From positions 66,941 through 130,940 of the forward strand of contig JBKBRF010000016.1 in the NCBI GenBank assembly GCA_046292385.1: a DNA stretch of 64,000 bases, read 5' to 3'. The translations under genes were made by a program, and so were the position numbers. Origin of the DNA: Armatimonadota bacterium (GTDB lineage Bacteria > Armatimonadota > SYMT01). The notes under the pieces are model-generated. The model saw only the letters and a list, made by a program, of their open reading frames with translations. It ran no database searches and was not told where the DNA came from. Numbering within the stretch: the first letter of the stretch is position 1; every line of letters starts with the position of its first letter. Of the stretch, positions 18,878-28,039 are shown in pieces.

Positions 18878-20173
18878 CTATCCGGAGAGGGGGCGCTTCT
18901 CCGTACCAGGCCCCTGCAGGTCTGCCGTGATCGGCAGCGACTCGGCCCGCTCCGGCGGTGCGGAAGCGGGCCGGGGCAGGTCGGCCGTCGTCTCCGGCGC
19001 CGCCGCCGACGGAAGCGGAAGGTCTTTGAGGCTCGCGGTGACGGACTCGATGACCGTAATGGCGAGCTCAACCGTGCGCGTTACCTCGGCGCGCTCGAAG
19101 TAGCGCCGGCCCAGAAGGCTCCGAAGCAGCGGCAGAATGGAGCGCAGCCGCGGGTCAGGATCCTGTTCCACAAATCCGAGCAGCAGCTCCAGCGAACGCA
19201 GACGAACTTCGGTCGGAGAGCTCTCGATCAGATCTGCTAATCCCGGTAGGGCGTCGGCGCCGATCTTCCGGAGCAGCTCCCCAGCTCGCCAGACCGCTTC
19301 CGGGCTGCCCCCAGCAAAGATCTGGGCGAGCGCGGGCGCAGCACCCGGTCCGAGCTCGGCCAGAGCGGTCCCAGCATTCACTCGCACCTGGCTGTCCGGG
19401 TCCTCCAGCGCGCGGCAGAGGGCCGGGGCGGCGCGGGGGCTTCCGAGGCGGCCGAGGGCGACCGCCGCGTGGCGGCGGACTCCGGCATCCGGATCGCGCA
19501 GGGCGCGGCCCAGCACCGGGAGGGCGGTCGCCTCGCCGATCTCCCCCAGCGCCTTCGCCGCCTCCCGCCGCAGCTCCGCCGCCCCGTGCTCCAGCGTGCG
19601 GGCGAGCCGCGGCACCGCGCGGGGATCGCCGATCTTTCCGAGTGCCGCGATCGTCTCCACGCGCAGGTCGACCGGCTGCTGCTCCATCGCGTCGATCAGC
19701 GGGTCGAGCGCCGCCGGCCCGAGCCGGCCGAGCGCGCGCACCACCTCCCGGCGCAGCAGCGGGTCCGGATCGTCCAGCCGCGCCGCGAGCGCCGGGACCG
19801 CGGACGGCTCCCCGATGGCGCCTAGCGCCGTCACGGCGGACCAGCGCGTGCCCGGGTCCGGACCACCGAGAGCGGCGCAGAGCCCCGGCACAGCGTCCGG
19901 ATGCCGGATGGCGCCGAGAGCCCGCGCGGCCGCCTGCTGCAGGAACCGATCGCCCGCCGCGAGCGCGCCGAGGAGCGCGGGTACGGCGCGTGCGTCGGCG
20001 ATCTCCCCGAGGATCTGGGCGGCGTGTCGGCGGCGCTCCACGGCCCCCTCCGCCACCGCCGCGCAGAGTGGCTCCACCGCCTCCGCCCCGAGCCCCCGCA
20101 GTAGCTCCGTCGCGGCCAGCCGCCGCTCGTAGTCGAGGCAGCCGAGTGCCTCCAGCGCGTCGTCCAGCGTCAC
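18878..20173 (-). CDS. HEAT (PBS-lyase-like) repeat protein 4 of array, triple-LPxP tail
   Basis: Repeated A..ALG.IG...AVPAL...L.DPD units. Confidence 0.9.
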   Translation of the reverse strand: MTLDDALEALGCLDYERRLAATELLRGLGAEAVEPLCAAVAEGAVERRRHAAQILGEIADARAVPALLGALAAGDRFLQQAAARALGAIRHPDAVPGLCAALGGPDPGTRWSAVTALGAIGEPSAVPALAARLDDPDPLLRREVVRALGRLGPAALDPLIDAMEQQPVDLRVETIAALGKIGDPRAVPRLARTLEHGAAELRREAAKALGEIGEATALPVLGRALRDPDAGVRRHAAVALGRLGSPRAAPALCRALEDPDSQVRVNAGTALAELGPGAAPALAQIFAGGSPEAVWRAGELLRKIGADALPGLADLIESSPTEVRLRSLELLLGFVEQDPDPRLRSILPLLRSLLGRRYFERAEVTRTVELAITVIESVTASLKDLPLPSAAAPETTADLPRPASAPPERAESLPITADLQGPGTEKRPLSG

Positions 20174-20192
20174 TCCCCTTCCTGCACGATCA

Positions 20193-21131
20193 TTACCCGC
20201 CCGTGCCGGGTCGATGCGTCTCTTCCGGCTCCGCCGCCGGGCGGGGCAGGGTTTCTCCCGAGGGACGGGGGCTCTCCGCCGGGAGCGGGAGCGCGGCGGG
20301 GTCGGTTACCGCGGATGAGGGCCGCGGAAGGGCATGGATCCCCTCGGTCCGCGTCTCGATCAGGCGGATCAGCTCGCGGCAGACACCGGGGAAGCGGTCC
20401 CACCCGGCGGAGCGCGCGAGGGCGAGCTCTCGCAGGCCGGGGATGAGCGCGCGCAGGGCCGGGTCCGGATCCCGCTCTGCGATGCTCCGGAGCGAGAGCA
20501 CCGCCGCGAGGGCGACGTCGCCCTGCCCCCGCCCGGCCGCCTCCATCAGCGCCGGGGCCGAGCGCGCATCTCCCACCTGGCCGAGGGCGGCGGCGGCGGC
20601 GTACCGGAGCTGGAAGTCGGGGTCGGTGAGCAGCGGCTGTAAGGCAGGCACCGCTGCCTCGCCGCCGGCATCCGCCAGGGCGTGGACCGCCTGCACGCGC
20701 ACCCACAGCAGGTCGCCGAGCAGCCGGGACAGCCGGGGCACGACCGAAGCGTCTCCCAGTTGCCCTACCGCGCGGGCTGCGGCAGCGCGGACGTGCGGAT
20801 AGGGGTCGTCCAGCGCCTTCAGGAGCTGCGGGAGGGTCTCCGCCGCTTTCAGCCGCGCCAACCCCTCCGCGCAGAGGGTCCGGGTCCACATCCGCTCCGA
20901 GTCGACGGCCAGGAGCGCCTGCGCCAGGGCGGTGGCAACCTCCTCCCCGCCCAGCTCGCAGAGGGCGTCCAGGGCCGCCCGCCGGACCCGCTCCTGGCTA
21001 TCCCGCAGGGCAGAGAGGAGCGGCGGCACGGCGGCCGGATCGCCCCGCTCCCCCAGCAGCCGGGCCACGGCGGCCCGCTGCCGGATGTCCCCCGTGCGGA
21101 GGTGTTGTACGGCGTTCGCCAGCTCGTCCAT
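20193..21131 (-). CDS. HEAT repeat protein 3 of array, triple-LPxP tail
   Basis: GDPAAVPPLLSALRD, VRAAAARAVGQLGD units. Confidence 0.9.
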   Translation of the reverse strand: MDELANAVQHLRTGDIRQRAAVARLLGERGDPAAVPPLLSALRDSQERVRRAALDALCELGGEEVATALAQALLAVDSERMWTRTLCAEGLARLKAAETLPQLLKALDDPYPHVRAAAARAVGQLGDASVVPRLSRLLGDLLWVRVQAVHALADAGGEAAVPALQPLLTDPDFQLRYAAAAALGQVGDARSAPALMEAAGRGQGDVALAAVLSLRSIAERDPDPALRALIPGLRELALARSAGWDRFPGVCRELIRLIETRTEGIHALPRPSSAVTDPAALPLPAESPRPSGETLPRPAAEPEETHRPGTGG

Positions 21132-21137
21132 CGGCTC

Positions 21138-21833
21138 TTACCCTCCGTCGCTCACCCGCGGCAGGTCGGAGCAGTCCCGCGGCGGGACGGCCGGAATCGG
21201 CAGCGCGTCTCCGGAGCGATCCGCGGCGGCGGGAACCGGCAGGTCGTGGAGCGACTGCGTGGCCCGCTCGATCGCCCGTGCCGCTTTCGCCATCTCCCGC
21301 CGCTCCGCCCGGCCGGTGAGCCAGTACTCCGCTCGTGCCGTCAGCGGTGGGAGCGCCAGCCGAAGGGCCAGGGTGGGCGCGGTGCGCGCCAGCTCCGCCA
21401 GACCCGCCGCCGCCTGGCAGCGCACCACCACGTCCCGGTCCTCGATCGCCCGGGCCAGTGCCCGGATGGCGACCGGCTCCGACAGCCTTCGCAGCGTCAG
21501 GACGGCGCGCCGGCGCACCTCCACCGAGCCGGTCTCCGCGGCCCGCGCCAGCACGCCGGTCGCGCCGAGTGCCAGCAGCGCCTCCGCGGAGCGCTCACGG
21601 ACCAGCGCGTGTCGGTCGTCCAGGGCCTCTTCCAGCGCCGGGACCGCCGCGGGATCTCCAATCTGGCCGAGCACCGTGGCGGCCCGCCAGCGAGCCCGGA
21701 CCGATCCGGTCCGCAGCAGCTCGCAAAGCCCCGGCACCGCCGCGCCGCCGCTCGCCGTCAGGAGCTCGGCCGCGCGGCTGGCGCGCCACCGGTAGTCGCC
21801 CGCAAGCTCCTGCAGCGCTTCGGAGACCGTCAT
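21138..21833 (-). CDS. HEAT repeat protein 2 of array, triple-LPxP tail
   Basis: AATVLGQIGDPAAVPALEEALDD. ATGA overlap with the upstream gene. Confidence 0.88.
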   Translation of the reverse strand: MTVSEALQELAGDYRWRASRAAELLTASGGAAVPGLCELLRTGSVRARWRAATVLGQIGDPAAVPALEEALDDRHALVRERSAEALLALGATGVLARAAETGSVEVRRRAVLTLRRLSEPVAIRALARAIEDRDVVVRCQAAAGLAELARTAPTLALRLALPPLTARAEYWLTGRAERREMAKAARAIERATQSLHDLPVPAAADRSGDALPIPAVPPRDCSDLPRVSDGG

Positions 21834-23230
21834 CCGCGTGCCCCGCCCTCTCCCGGGCCCGCCGGCCGGGGCAGTCCCTCGGCGAATGCGGGAGCTTCCG
21901 CCGGCCGGGGCAGCGTCTCCTCGCTACCCGCCAAGGCCTGCGATGGGATCGGCAGGTCCTTCAGGCCCGCGGTCCGCGCTTCGATCTCCCGCAGGACCGC
22001 CTGGTAGATCTCCCCACCCGGCTCCAGTCCCCAGCGCGTGCGACCGCAGAGCCGCCCCAGCGCAGGGACGGCGCTGCGCAGCCCCGGCGACGGGCAGTCT
22101 CCCGCGAGGCGCAGCAGCGCCGCGGCGGCCCGCTGGCGCGCCTCCGGCAGGTCGTGGGAAAGGGTCCGGACGATCCCCGGTATCCAGCGCGGCTCATCGT
22201 CTCCCAGCTCGACCACCGCCAGCGCGGCGGCACCGGGAGCCCCCGCCGCCGCGGCGAACGGCCGCAGCCACTCCAGCGCGCGCGCGTCCCCCAGCTTCCC
22301 CAGCGCCAGCGCCCCAGCCTCCTGCAGCCGGGTCTCGCTCTCCTGCAGCAGCCGGACCAGCGCGTCGAGAGCCCGCGGGTCGCCGATCTCCCCGAGGAGG
22401 CGGGCGATCTCGGCGCGCACCAGGTCGGGCCCGCCGCCGAGCGATCCGCAGAGGGCGGGCACCGCGGGCGAGCCGATGGCGACCAGCGCCCGTCCGGCGA
22501 GGGTGGAGGTCATTCCCGCCAGCAGCCCGCGCTCGTGAAGCTGTTCGATCAGCAGCGGCACCCCGCGCTCGCCGAAGGAAGCGAGCGCGCTCACTCGCGC
22601 TGCCAGCGGGTCCTCGCCCTCTTCCCAGGTGACCCGGCAGAGCACCGGGATCGACTCGACGTCTCCGAGCCGCGCCAGCGCCGTCAACGCCGCCTCGCGG
22701 TTGACGTAGGGACTGTTCCCGGAGGCCGCCTTGCGGAGCACCGGCACCGCCTCGGCGGCACCGAGCCGCCCGAGCGCCTCGATCACCTGGGAGCGGTCGT
22801 CGAACTCCCAGCCGCGCATCGCCTGGATCAGCGCGGGCACCGCCGCCGGATCCCCGATCTTCCCCAGTGCCTCCGCGGCGCGCGGGCGCGTGAAGCGGTC
22901 GCCCCGTTTGAGCGCCTGCAGCAGCGCGGGGACGGCCGACGGGTCGCCGAGCTCCCCCAGCGCCAGCGCCGCCTGTTCCCGCAGGGGCCCTTCCCGGTCG
23001 CGGAGCATCCGCGTGAGGGCGGGGACTGACGCGGGGTCGCGGAGCGCGGCGAGCGCGGCCGCCGCTCCCCAGCGCGTGCTCAGGCCGCCCTTCACCACTG
23101 CCTCGCAGAGCGCCGGCACCGCGGCGGGCCCGATCGAGATCAGCTTGCCGACCGCGCGGTCGCGCCGCCCCGATCCGGGAAAGGCGAGCTCCCCAATCCA
23201 CTTTTCCAGCTCGTCAGCCGCTGCCGTCAT
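21830..23230 (-). CDS. HEAT repeat protein 1 of array, triple-LPxP tail
   Basis: Start MTAAADELE with GGGAGG RBS. Many AAEALGKIGDPAAVPAL units. Confidence 0.9.
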   Translation of the reverse strand: MTAAADELEKWIGELAFPGSGRRDRAVGKLISIGPAAVPALCEAVVKGGLSTRWGAAAALAALRDPASVPALTRMLRDREGPLREQAALALGELGDPSAVPALLQALKRGDRFTRPRAAEALGKIGDPAAVPALIQAMRGWEFDDRSQVIEALGRLGAAEAVPVLRKAASGNSPYVNREAALTALARLGDVESIPVLCRVTWEEGEDPLAARVSALASFGERGVPLLIEQLHERGLLAGMTSTLAGRALVAIGSPAVPALCGSLGGGPDLVRAEIARLLGEIGDPRALDALVRLLQESETRLQEAGALALGKLGDARALEWLRPFAAAAGAPGAAALAVVELGDDEPRWIPGIVRTLSHDLPEARQRAAAALLRLAGDCPSPGLRSAVPALGRLCGRTRWGLEPGGEIYQAVLREIEARTAGLKDLPIPSQALAGSEETLPRPAEAPAFAEGLPRPAGPGEGGARG

Positions 23231-23359
23231 CACCCTCCCGTTCGCCGGCCGGCCGCCGGGTTCCCCTCTCAGAGGTTCTCTCAGAGGTGGGAACGACTTT
23301 CGCGCAGAATCGGTCCGGGAAAGCGGGTAATAGCTTCCGGTGGAGCTGGAGTACGGGAC

Positions 23360-23812
23360 GTGACGCTGACTTGTGGGATTCTGCCGGCCGTCGAAGATCC
23401 GGACGAGGCCGACCTGCTCCGGACGCTGAAGGCGGTGCTCACGACGGACCTGGACGAGGACTACCTGATCCTCCAGGCTTCCGAGGAGCCGTGCCGCTAC
23501 CTGCAGGCGCGCCGGGACTGGACCGACTCGTTCCTGGTGGAATACCGGGACGGCGCTGCCGGCCGGCATTTCCGCTACAACACCGCCAGCCCGGCGCTGA
23601 CGCAGTCGCTCTTCCTGAGCTACCTCCGCGGCGACGACCAGTGGCGCACCGCCGTGCTGTGGCGGGACATCTCCGACGCGTTCGAGGACCTCCGCAGCGA
23701 GCGCGCGAAGGAGTTTCGCGAGTCGATGCCGGAGCAGGCGTTCCGGCGTGACCCGCTGCCGCCCGAGTGGTACCGGGACATGGTCAATCGCGAGGCGTTC
23801 GATCCGGAGTGA
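23360..23812 (+). CDS. Hypothetical protein
   Basis: Open frame with coding-like composition (YLQA...FLVEYRDG...HFR...FLSYL...WR). Start uncertain. Confidence 0.7.
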   Translation: MTLTCGILPAVEDPDEADLLRTLKAVLTTDLDEDYLILQASEEPCRYLQARRDWTDSFLVEYRDGAAGRHFRYNTASPALTQSLFLSYLRGDDQWRTAVLWRDISDAFEDLRSERAKEFRESMPEQAFRRDPLPPEWYRDMVNREAFDPE

Positions 23813-23844
23813 CCGCCGCTCGGAAGCGGCCAGGAGATACCTCG

Positions 23845-24540
23845 ATGGACGATAACACGCCGCACCCCTTGAACGTGCCGGGCCCGTTCTACGTGGAGGA
23901 CGGATGCTGCGTGGCGTGTATGGTGCCTCACCTGATCGCCCCGGATCTGATGGGATTTGATGAGGAATCTTCTCATTGCTTCGTCCGACAGCAGCCCTCG
24001 AGCCCGGAGGCGGTGACGCGAGCGATCTTCGCGGTCCGGATCTCCGAAGTGGGGTGCCTCCGGTATGGCGGTACGGATCCCGACATCCTGCGGCGGTTCG
24101 CGGAGCTGGGCGAGGCGGGCGCCTGCGACCACGCGCCGCCGCCGGGCGCCGGCTTCGTGCTGCGCAATCACGTCTCGTTCGAGGCTCCGCCTGGAATGGA
24201 CCTGGAATCGCTTGCGGAAAGGCTGCGCGGCCGGCTCGCTGCCAACCTGAAGCGCTACTCCGGGTTCCAGTTGACTCCCGTCACGCAGGAGGGTCCGGAG
24301 CTGAGGTTCAGCGTGGCCTGGTTTCAGGGCCAGTTTCGTCCCTACTGGATTGGCCCCGGGGAGCTGGGCACCCATCGCACGCTCATTCGCCACTCACCGG
24401 CCGCTATGCCGGGCAGCGTGTCGATGACCCTGGAGCTGGACGAGTGGCTCAAGTCTGAACCTGCGTTCCGCGAGATACGGTGGTATACGGCCGACCAGTG
24501 GAAGCGCCAGAGCGACGACTGGCAGCCGCTTCCGTATTGA
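23845..24540 (+). CDS. Ferredoxin-like N-terminal domain protein
   Basis: AGGAG RBS. NVPGPFYVEDGCCVACMVP..APDL...C...QP...CLRYGG. Confidence 0.75.
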   Translation: MDDNTPHPLNVPGPFYVEDGCCVACMVPHLIAPDLMGFDEESSHCFVRQQPSSPEAVTRAIFAVRISEVGCLRYGGTDPDILRRFAELGEAGACDHAPPPGAGFVLRNHVSFEAPPGMDLESLAERLRGRLAANLKRYSGFQLTPVTQEGPELRFSVAWFQGQFRPYWIGPGELGTHRTLIRHSPAAMPGSVSMTLELDEWLKSEPAFREIRWYTADQWKRQSDDWQPLPY

Positions 24541-24717
24541 GAACACCCTCAATCGTGTTCGGCGCAGTCAGCCTGCGGTCGCAGCGGTTGCCGGACCTCG
24601 CCTCGGGGTGAGAAACTCTGGCGGTGCGGAAGCGTTAAGTGAGCAGCCGGCTTACTATCCACCCCGGCACGCCAGTACGGACTTGAAGCGCGCCCCGGCG
24701 CATGCTCTATTTCAACC

Positions 24718-25872
24718 ATGCTACGTACGACGGATTCCCCTGGCCAGGAGACGCGCTACGACGCGGAGACGGTGCGCAAGGTCACGGCGCTCGCCCAGCA
24801 GCTTCAGGATCGGCAGCAGGAGACGCTGACCGCTCGGCAGATCGAGGAGATCGGCGGAGAAGTGGGGCTGGCGCCGGGGTTCATCCGACAGGCGCTTGCA
24901 CGGCTGCGCCAGACCCCCGCGGATGAGCTGGAGCGACAGCGCCGGGCCGAGTTCAAGGAGCTGCTCGCCGCCTGGCTCTTCACAGCCTTCTGGGGCGCCG
25001 CCGCCTGGTTTCTCCGATTCGACACCGGCTGGGTAAACGGGTTCACCACCGTGGTGGCGCCGGCTCCCCTGGCGCTCCTGCTCGGGTTTCTCACCGGCAA
25101 AGACCGCGCCGGCGCCTGCGCCGGCCTGGCACTGATGGCGACACTGGCACCCACCTTCCATCACGAGTACCTGAGGATGAGTCATGAATTCAACGGCCTG
25201 GGGTACGTCGTCTTCGGAGGGCCGGTGGCGGCGATCCTGGGATGGCAGGGCGCCCGGCTCCGATCCCACTTCTTTCCTCGCAAAGACGCTCCCCGGACTC
25301 CGCTGGGTCGAGCGGAGCTACTGGACCTCCTCTTCTCACTCCAGTCCCAGCTTGAGGGGCAGCGGCAGCGTCGGGCATTTTTGAGTGTAGACGTGGTCGG
25401 CTCCACCGCGATGAAGCAGGACGCCACGGACCTGGCGGCGGAGCACTCCTTCAACCGGTACCGCGAGTGGGTGGAGGGCATCGTCAGCGGAGAAGGCGGC
25501 GAGGTCCAGAGCGCCGCCGGGGACGGGCTGATGGCGATGTTCCCGGATGAGGCGCGGGCGCTGCGGGCGGCGCGGCAACTGCAGGATGGCCTGGATCGCT
25601 TCAACACGGAGAGCAACCGGCTCCCGCGCCCTTTCCGGCTGCGGTGCGGCGTGAGCGCCGGTGAAGTACCGCTGGAGCCGGGCCGGCCCCTCGGGCACCT
25701 GCAGAGCGCCGTCATCGACCGGGCGGCGGTGCTCCAGAAGAGCGCCCGGCCGGGCGAAGTCGTGGTTGGCGGCGAGGCGGTGGCCGCAGCGCTCCTGGAG
25801 CTCGGTGCCGTCACCCCCGCTCCGGGCGCGACTCCTGAGTCGCCCGCGTTTGTCTGGCACCGCAGCGCGTAA
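24718..25872 (+). CDS. Membrane-bound class III nucleotide cyclase-like protein (non-canonical active site)
   Basis: About 4 TM helices, then FLSVDVVGST, AAGDGLMAMF, LRCGVSAG. Confidence 0.85.
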   Translation: MLRTTDSPGQETRYDAETVRKVTALAQQLQDRQQETLTARQIEEIGGEVGLAPGFIRQALARLRQTPADELERQRRAEFKELLAAWLFTAFWGAAAWFLRFDTGWVNGFTTVVAPAPLALLLGFLTGKDRAGACAGLALMATLAPTFHHEYLRMSHEFNGLGYVVFGGPVAAILGWQGARLRSHFFPRKDAPRTPLGRAELLDLLFSLQSQLEGQRQRRAFLSVDVVGSTAMKQDATDLAAEHSFNRYREWVEGIVSGEGGEVQSAAGDGLMAMFPDEARALRAARQLQDGLDRFNTESNRLPRPFRLRCGVSAGEVPLEPGRPLGHLQSAVIDRAAVLQKSARPGEVVVGGEAVAAALLELGAVTPAPGATPESPAFVWHRSA

Positions 25873-25914
25873 CAGGCAGGCAGGAAGGACGGGCGGTTTC
25901 AACCGCCCGGCAGC

Positions 25915-26424
25915 TTAAACATCCCGGAACGGCGGCGGGTACTCCAGCTCTCCCGCGATCCCGGCCAGGGTGCCCGGCTCCAGCTCCAGCGCCATGAGGG
26001 CTGGGCCGGAGTAGGCGCACCGGAGGGGCTCCGCCAGCCGGGCGGAAAAGCCGAAGCGGGGGTAGTACTCCGGATGGCCGAGGACCACCACGATCCGGTG
26101 GCCCTGCTCCCGGCAGCGGCGCAGCCCCTCCCGGATGAGACGGGAGCCGATCCCCTGCCGCTGATAGTCCGGCCGAACGGCCACGGGAGCGAGGGCCAGC
26201 GCCTCCACCGTGCCGGCAGGCGTGCGGATCGGGAGGCGGCTGAAGAGCAGGTGCCCGACGATCTCCCCCGCCGCTTCCGCCACGAGCGAGAGCCGGGTGT
26301 ACCCGCCCTCTCGGAGCGCGTCGACCAGTCGCCCCTCCGCCTCGCCGCCGAAGGCGAGCCGGTGCAGCTCCCGGATCTGCGACTTGTCCGCGGCGCTTTC
26401 TACTCGGATCTGTGATGGCGGCAC
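25915..26424 (-). CDS. GNAT N-acetyltransferase (YhbS-like)
   Basis: LAPVAVRPDYQRQGIGSRLI, VLGHPEYYPRFGF. Confidence 0.92.
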   Translation of the reverse strand: MPPSQIRVESAADKSQIRELHRLAFGGEAEGRLVDALREGGYTRLSLVAEAAGEIVGHLLFSRLPIRTPAGTVEALALAPVAVRPDYQRQGIGSRLIREGLRRCREQGHRIVVVLGHPEYYPRFGFSARLAEPLRCAYSGPALMALELEPGTLAGIAGELEYPPPFRDV

Positions 26425-26550
26425 GGTGTTCTGTGGGCGGGGATCGTAGGGCGTATTAAGAGCCGCGTTTCGATCGCGTCACGTAGCTCAGACTCTCGCC
26501 GGCGCACACGCTCGGCGGCGCCGGCGGCTTTTCCGCCGGCTGCGAGCGCG

Positions 26551-27789
26551 TCAGTGGTCGTGCGGATGCGGGTGGCGCTCGTAGTGCTGCCGCAGCAGGT
26601 CTTTCCCGTAGTCGTTGCCGTTGGGGGTGCGGACCACCGAATGGATATGCTCCCGGTTCGGCACCTTGGGCAGGTCGCGCAGCGCGATCGGCAGCTGGTG
26701 GTCGAACTCGATCAGGATCACCGGGCTCTGCACGCGGTAGTAGAAGACGCTGTCCGGGCCGGTCCCGCCGATCCAGGCGAACCAGGTGTCGCCGAGGTGC
26801 TTCCGGACCTCCGCCATCTTTACCTTCGCGTGACCCTCGGCCATGTTGCCCACGTGCTCTCCGATCAGCGCCAGCAGCCGCTCCTGCTGGCGGTCCGAGA
26901 GCTCCGACGCGCGGATGCCGGCGTAGTCGAGCACCACGTTGTCCTTCCACGCTTCCGAGACGTTGTTGTTGCCGGTCTTGGAGACGGAGAGGATCGCCTT
27001 CTTCCGCTGCGCTTCGTCGAGCGCGTTGATCAGGGCGAGGCCCTTCGCCTGCTCCGCCTGCAGCACCGCCGTGCCCTGGTACTTTCCGGAGCGGGCCACG
27101 GCCGGCTCGGAGCCGAAGAAGGCGGGCGTCATCACCACCTGGTCACCCAGGACGAAGTAGTTGATGTTCAGGTGGTGCCCGTCGAGCTGCCAGCCCCAGG
27201 GCTCCTTCTCCGACGGCGTGCCCATCACCGTGATCCAGTAGAGCCCCTCGCCGTACTCCTCCGGGTTGTTCGTCATCTCGCCGAGGGTGTGGTTCAGCCG
27301 CATCACGTCGCGCGTCTGGCGCAGCCCCTTGGCGCTGAGCGAGGCTCGCAGCAGACCCAGGGCCGCTTCGCGCTGCCGCCCGGACATCTCTTTGAAGCTG
27401 ACGCCCTGCCGCACGTAGAAGTGCTGGTTCATCCACTTCCGCCACTCCGGGTCGTCCACGGAGAAGGTGGTCCGCTCCCGCTGCTCCGGGGTGAGCGCGC
27501 CGAGGAACCCCTCCGCGGCGCGGCGGACCGGCGCGGTAGAGACGCCGGTCGAGCGGATCGGGAAGAGCCCGGGGAGCACCGTTCCGTCGGTGGTAATCCC
27601 CTTGAACGGCTCCGCGAGGCCGCGGGCTTCCGCTTCGCGAGACATCCGCAGGAAGCGGGCGTCACGATCCTCCGCGATCGGCTGCTGGGAGCGCGCGGCG
27701 CCGGCGTAGAGGCCGAGCCCCACCACCACCACGGCGCCCAGCCACAGCGCACGGGCGCGGCCCTGCAGAAAGCCAGTAAAACGGATCAT
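26551..27789 (-). CDS. DUF3500 family exported protein
   Basis: [57 protein letters not shown]. Confidence 0.85.
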   Translation of the reverse strand: MIRFTGFLQGRARALWLGAVVVVGLGLYAGAARSQQPIAEDRDARFLRMSREAEARGLAEPFKGITTDGTVLPGLFPIRSTGVSTAPVRRAAEGFLGALTPEQRERTTFSVDDPEWRKWMNQHFYVRQGVSFKEMSGRQREAALGLLRASLSAKGLRQTRDVMRLNHTLGEMTNNPEEYGEGLYWITVMGTPSEKEPWGWQLDGHHLNINYFVLGDQVVMTPAFFGSEPAVARSGKYQGTAVLQAEQAKGLALINALDEAQRKKAILSVSKTGNNNVSEAWKDNVVLDYAGIRASELSDRQQERLLALIGEHVGNMAEGHAKVKMAEVRKHLGDTWFAWIGGTGPDSVFYYRVQSPVILIEFDHQLPIALRDLPKVPNREHIHSVVRTPNGNDYGKDLLRQHYERHPHPHDH

Positions 27790-27962
27790 GCCCCCTCCTC
27801 GTCCTGCGAGCGTCGCCACCCGGCGCGATGACTCTGCTCCATCTTAACGCGAGTGCCACGGAAATCTCATCGCCGCGCCTCCGCGGACGCGCCGCTGTCG
27901 GTCCGGCCAGGAGCGTGAAATGGGGTTCGGCGGAAATAAGCTCTTGTCTCGCGAAAATCGGG

Positions 27963-27993
27963 TTGACTCTCACGTTACGTGATCCCCGAAACT
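27963..27993 (+). promoter_or_regulatory. MerR-type promoter/operator (19-bp spacer containing a dyad)
   Basis: TTGACT-ctcacgttacgtgatcccc(19)-GAAACT, with dyad TCACGT-t-ACGTGA of the TipA/Mta type. Confidence 0.8.
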
Positions 27994-28039
27994 GACCTTC
28001 AGCCGCGGGGGCGTGAGGTCCGGAGTGGAGAGAAGACGG

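Noticed and set aside
18878..18960. Sortase LPxTG signal in the HEAT protein tails (LPITA)
   Set aside because: There is no following TM helix or basic tail, no signal peptides, and the other three tails end in LPRP/LPRV.
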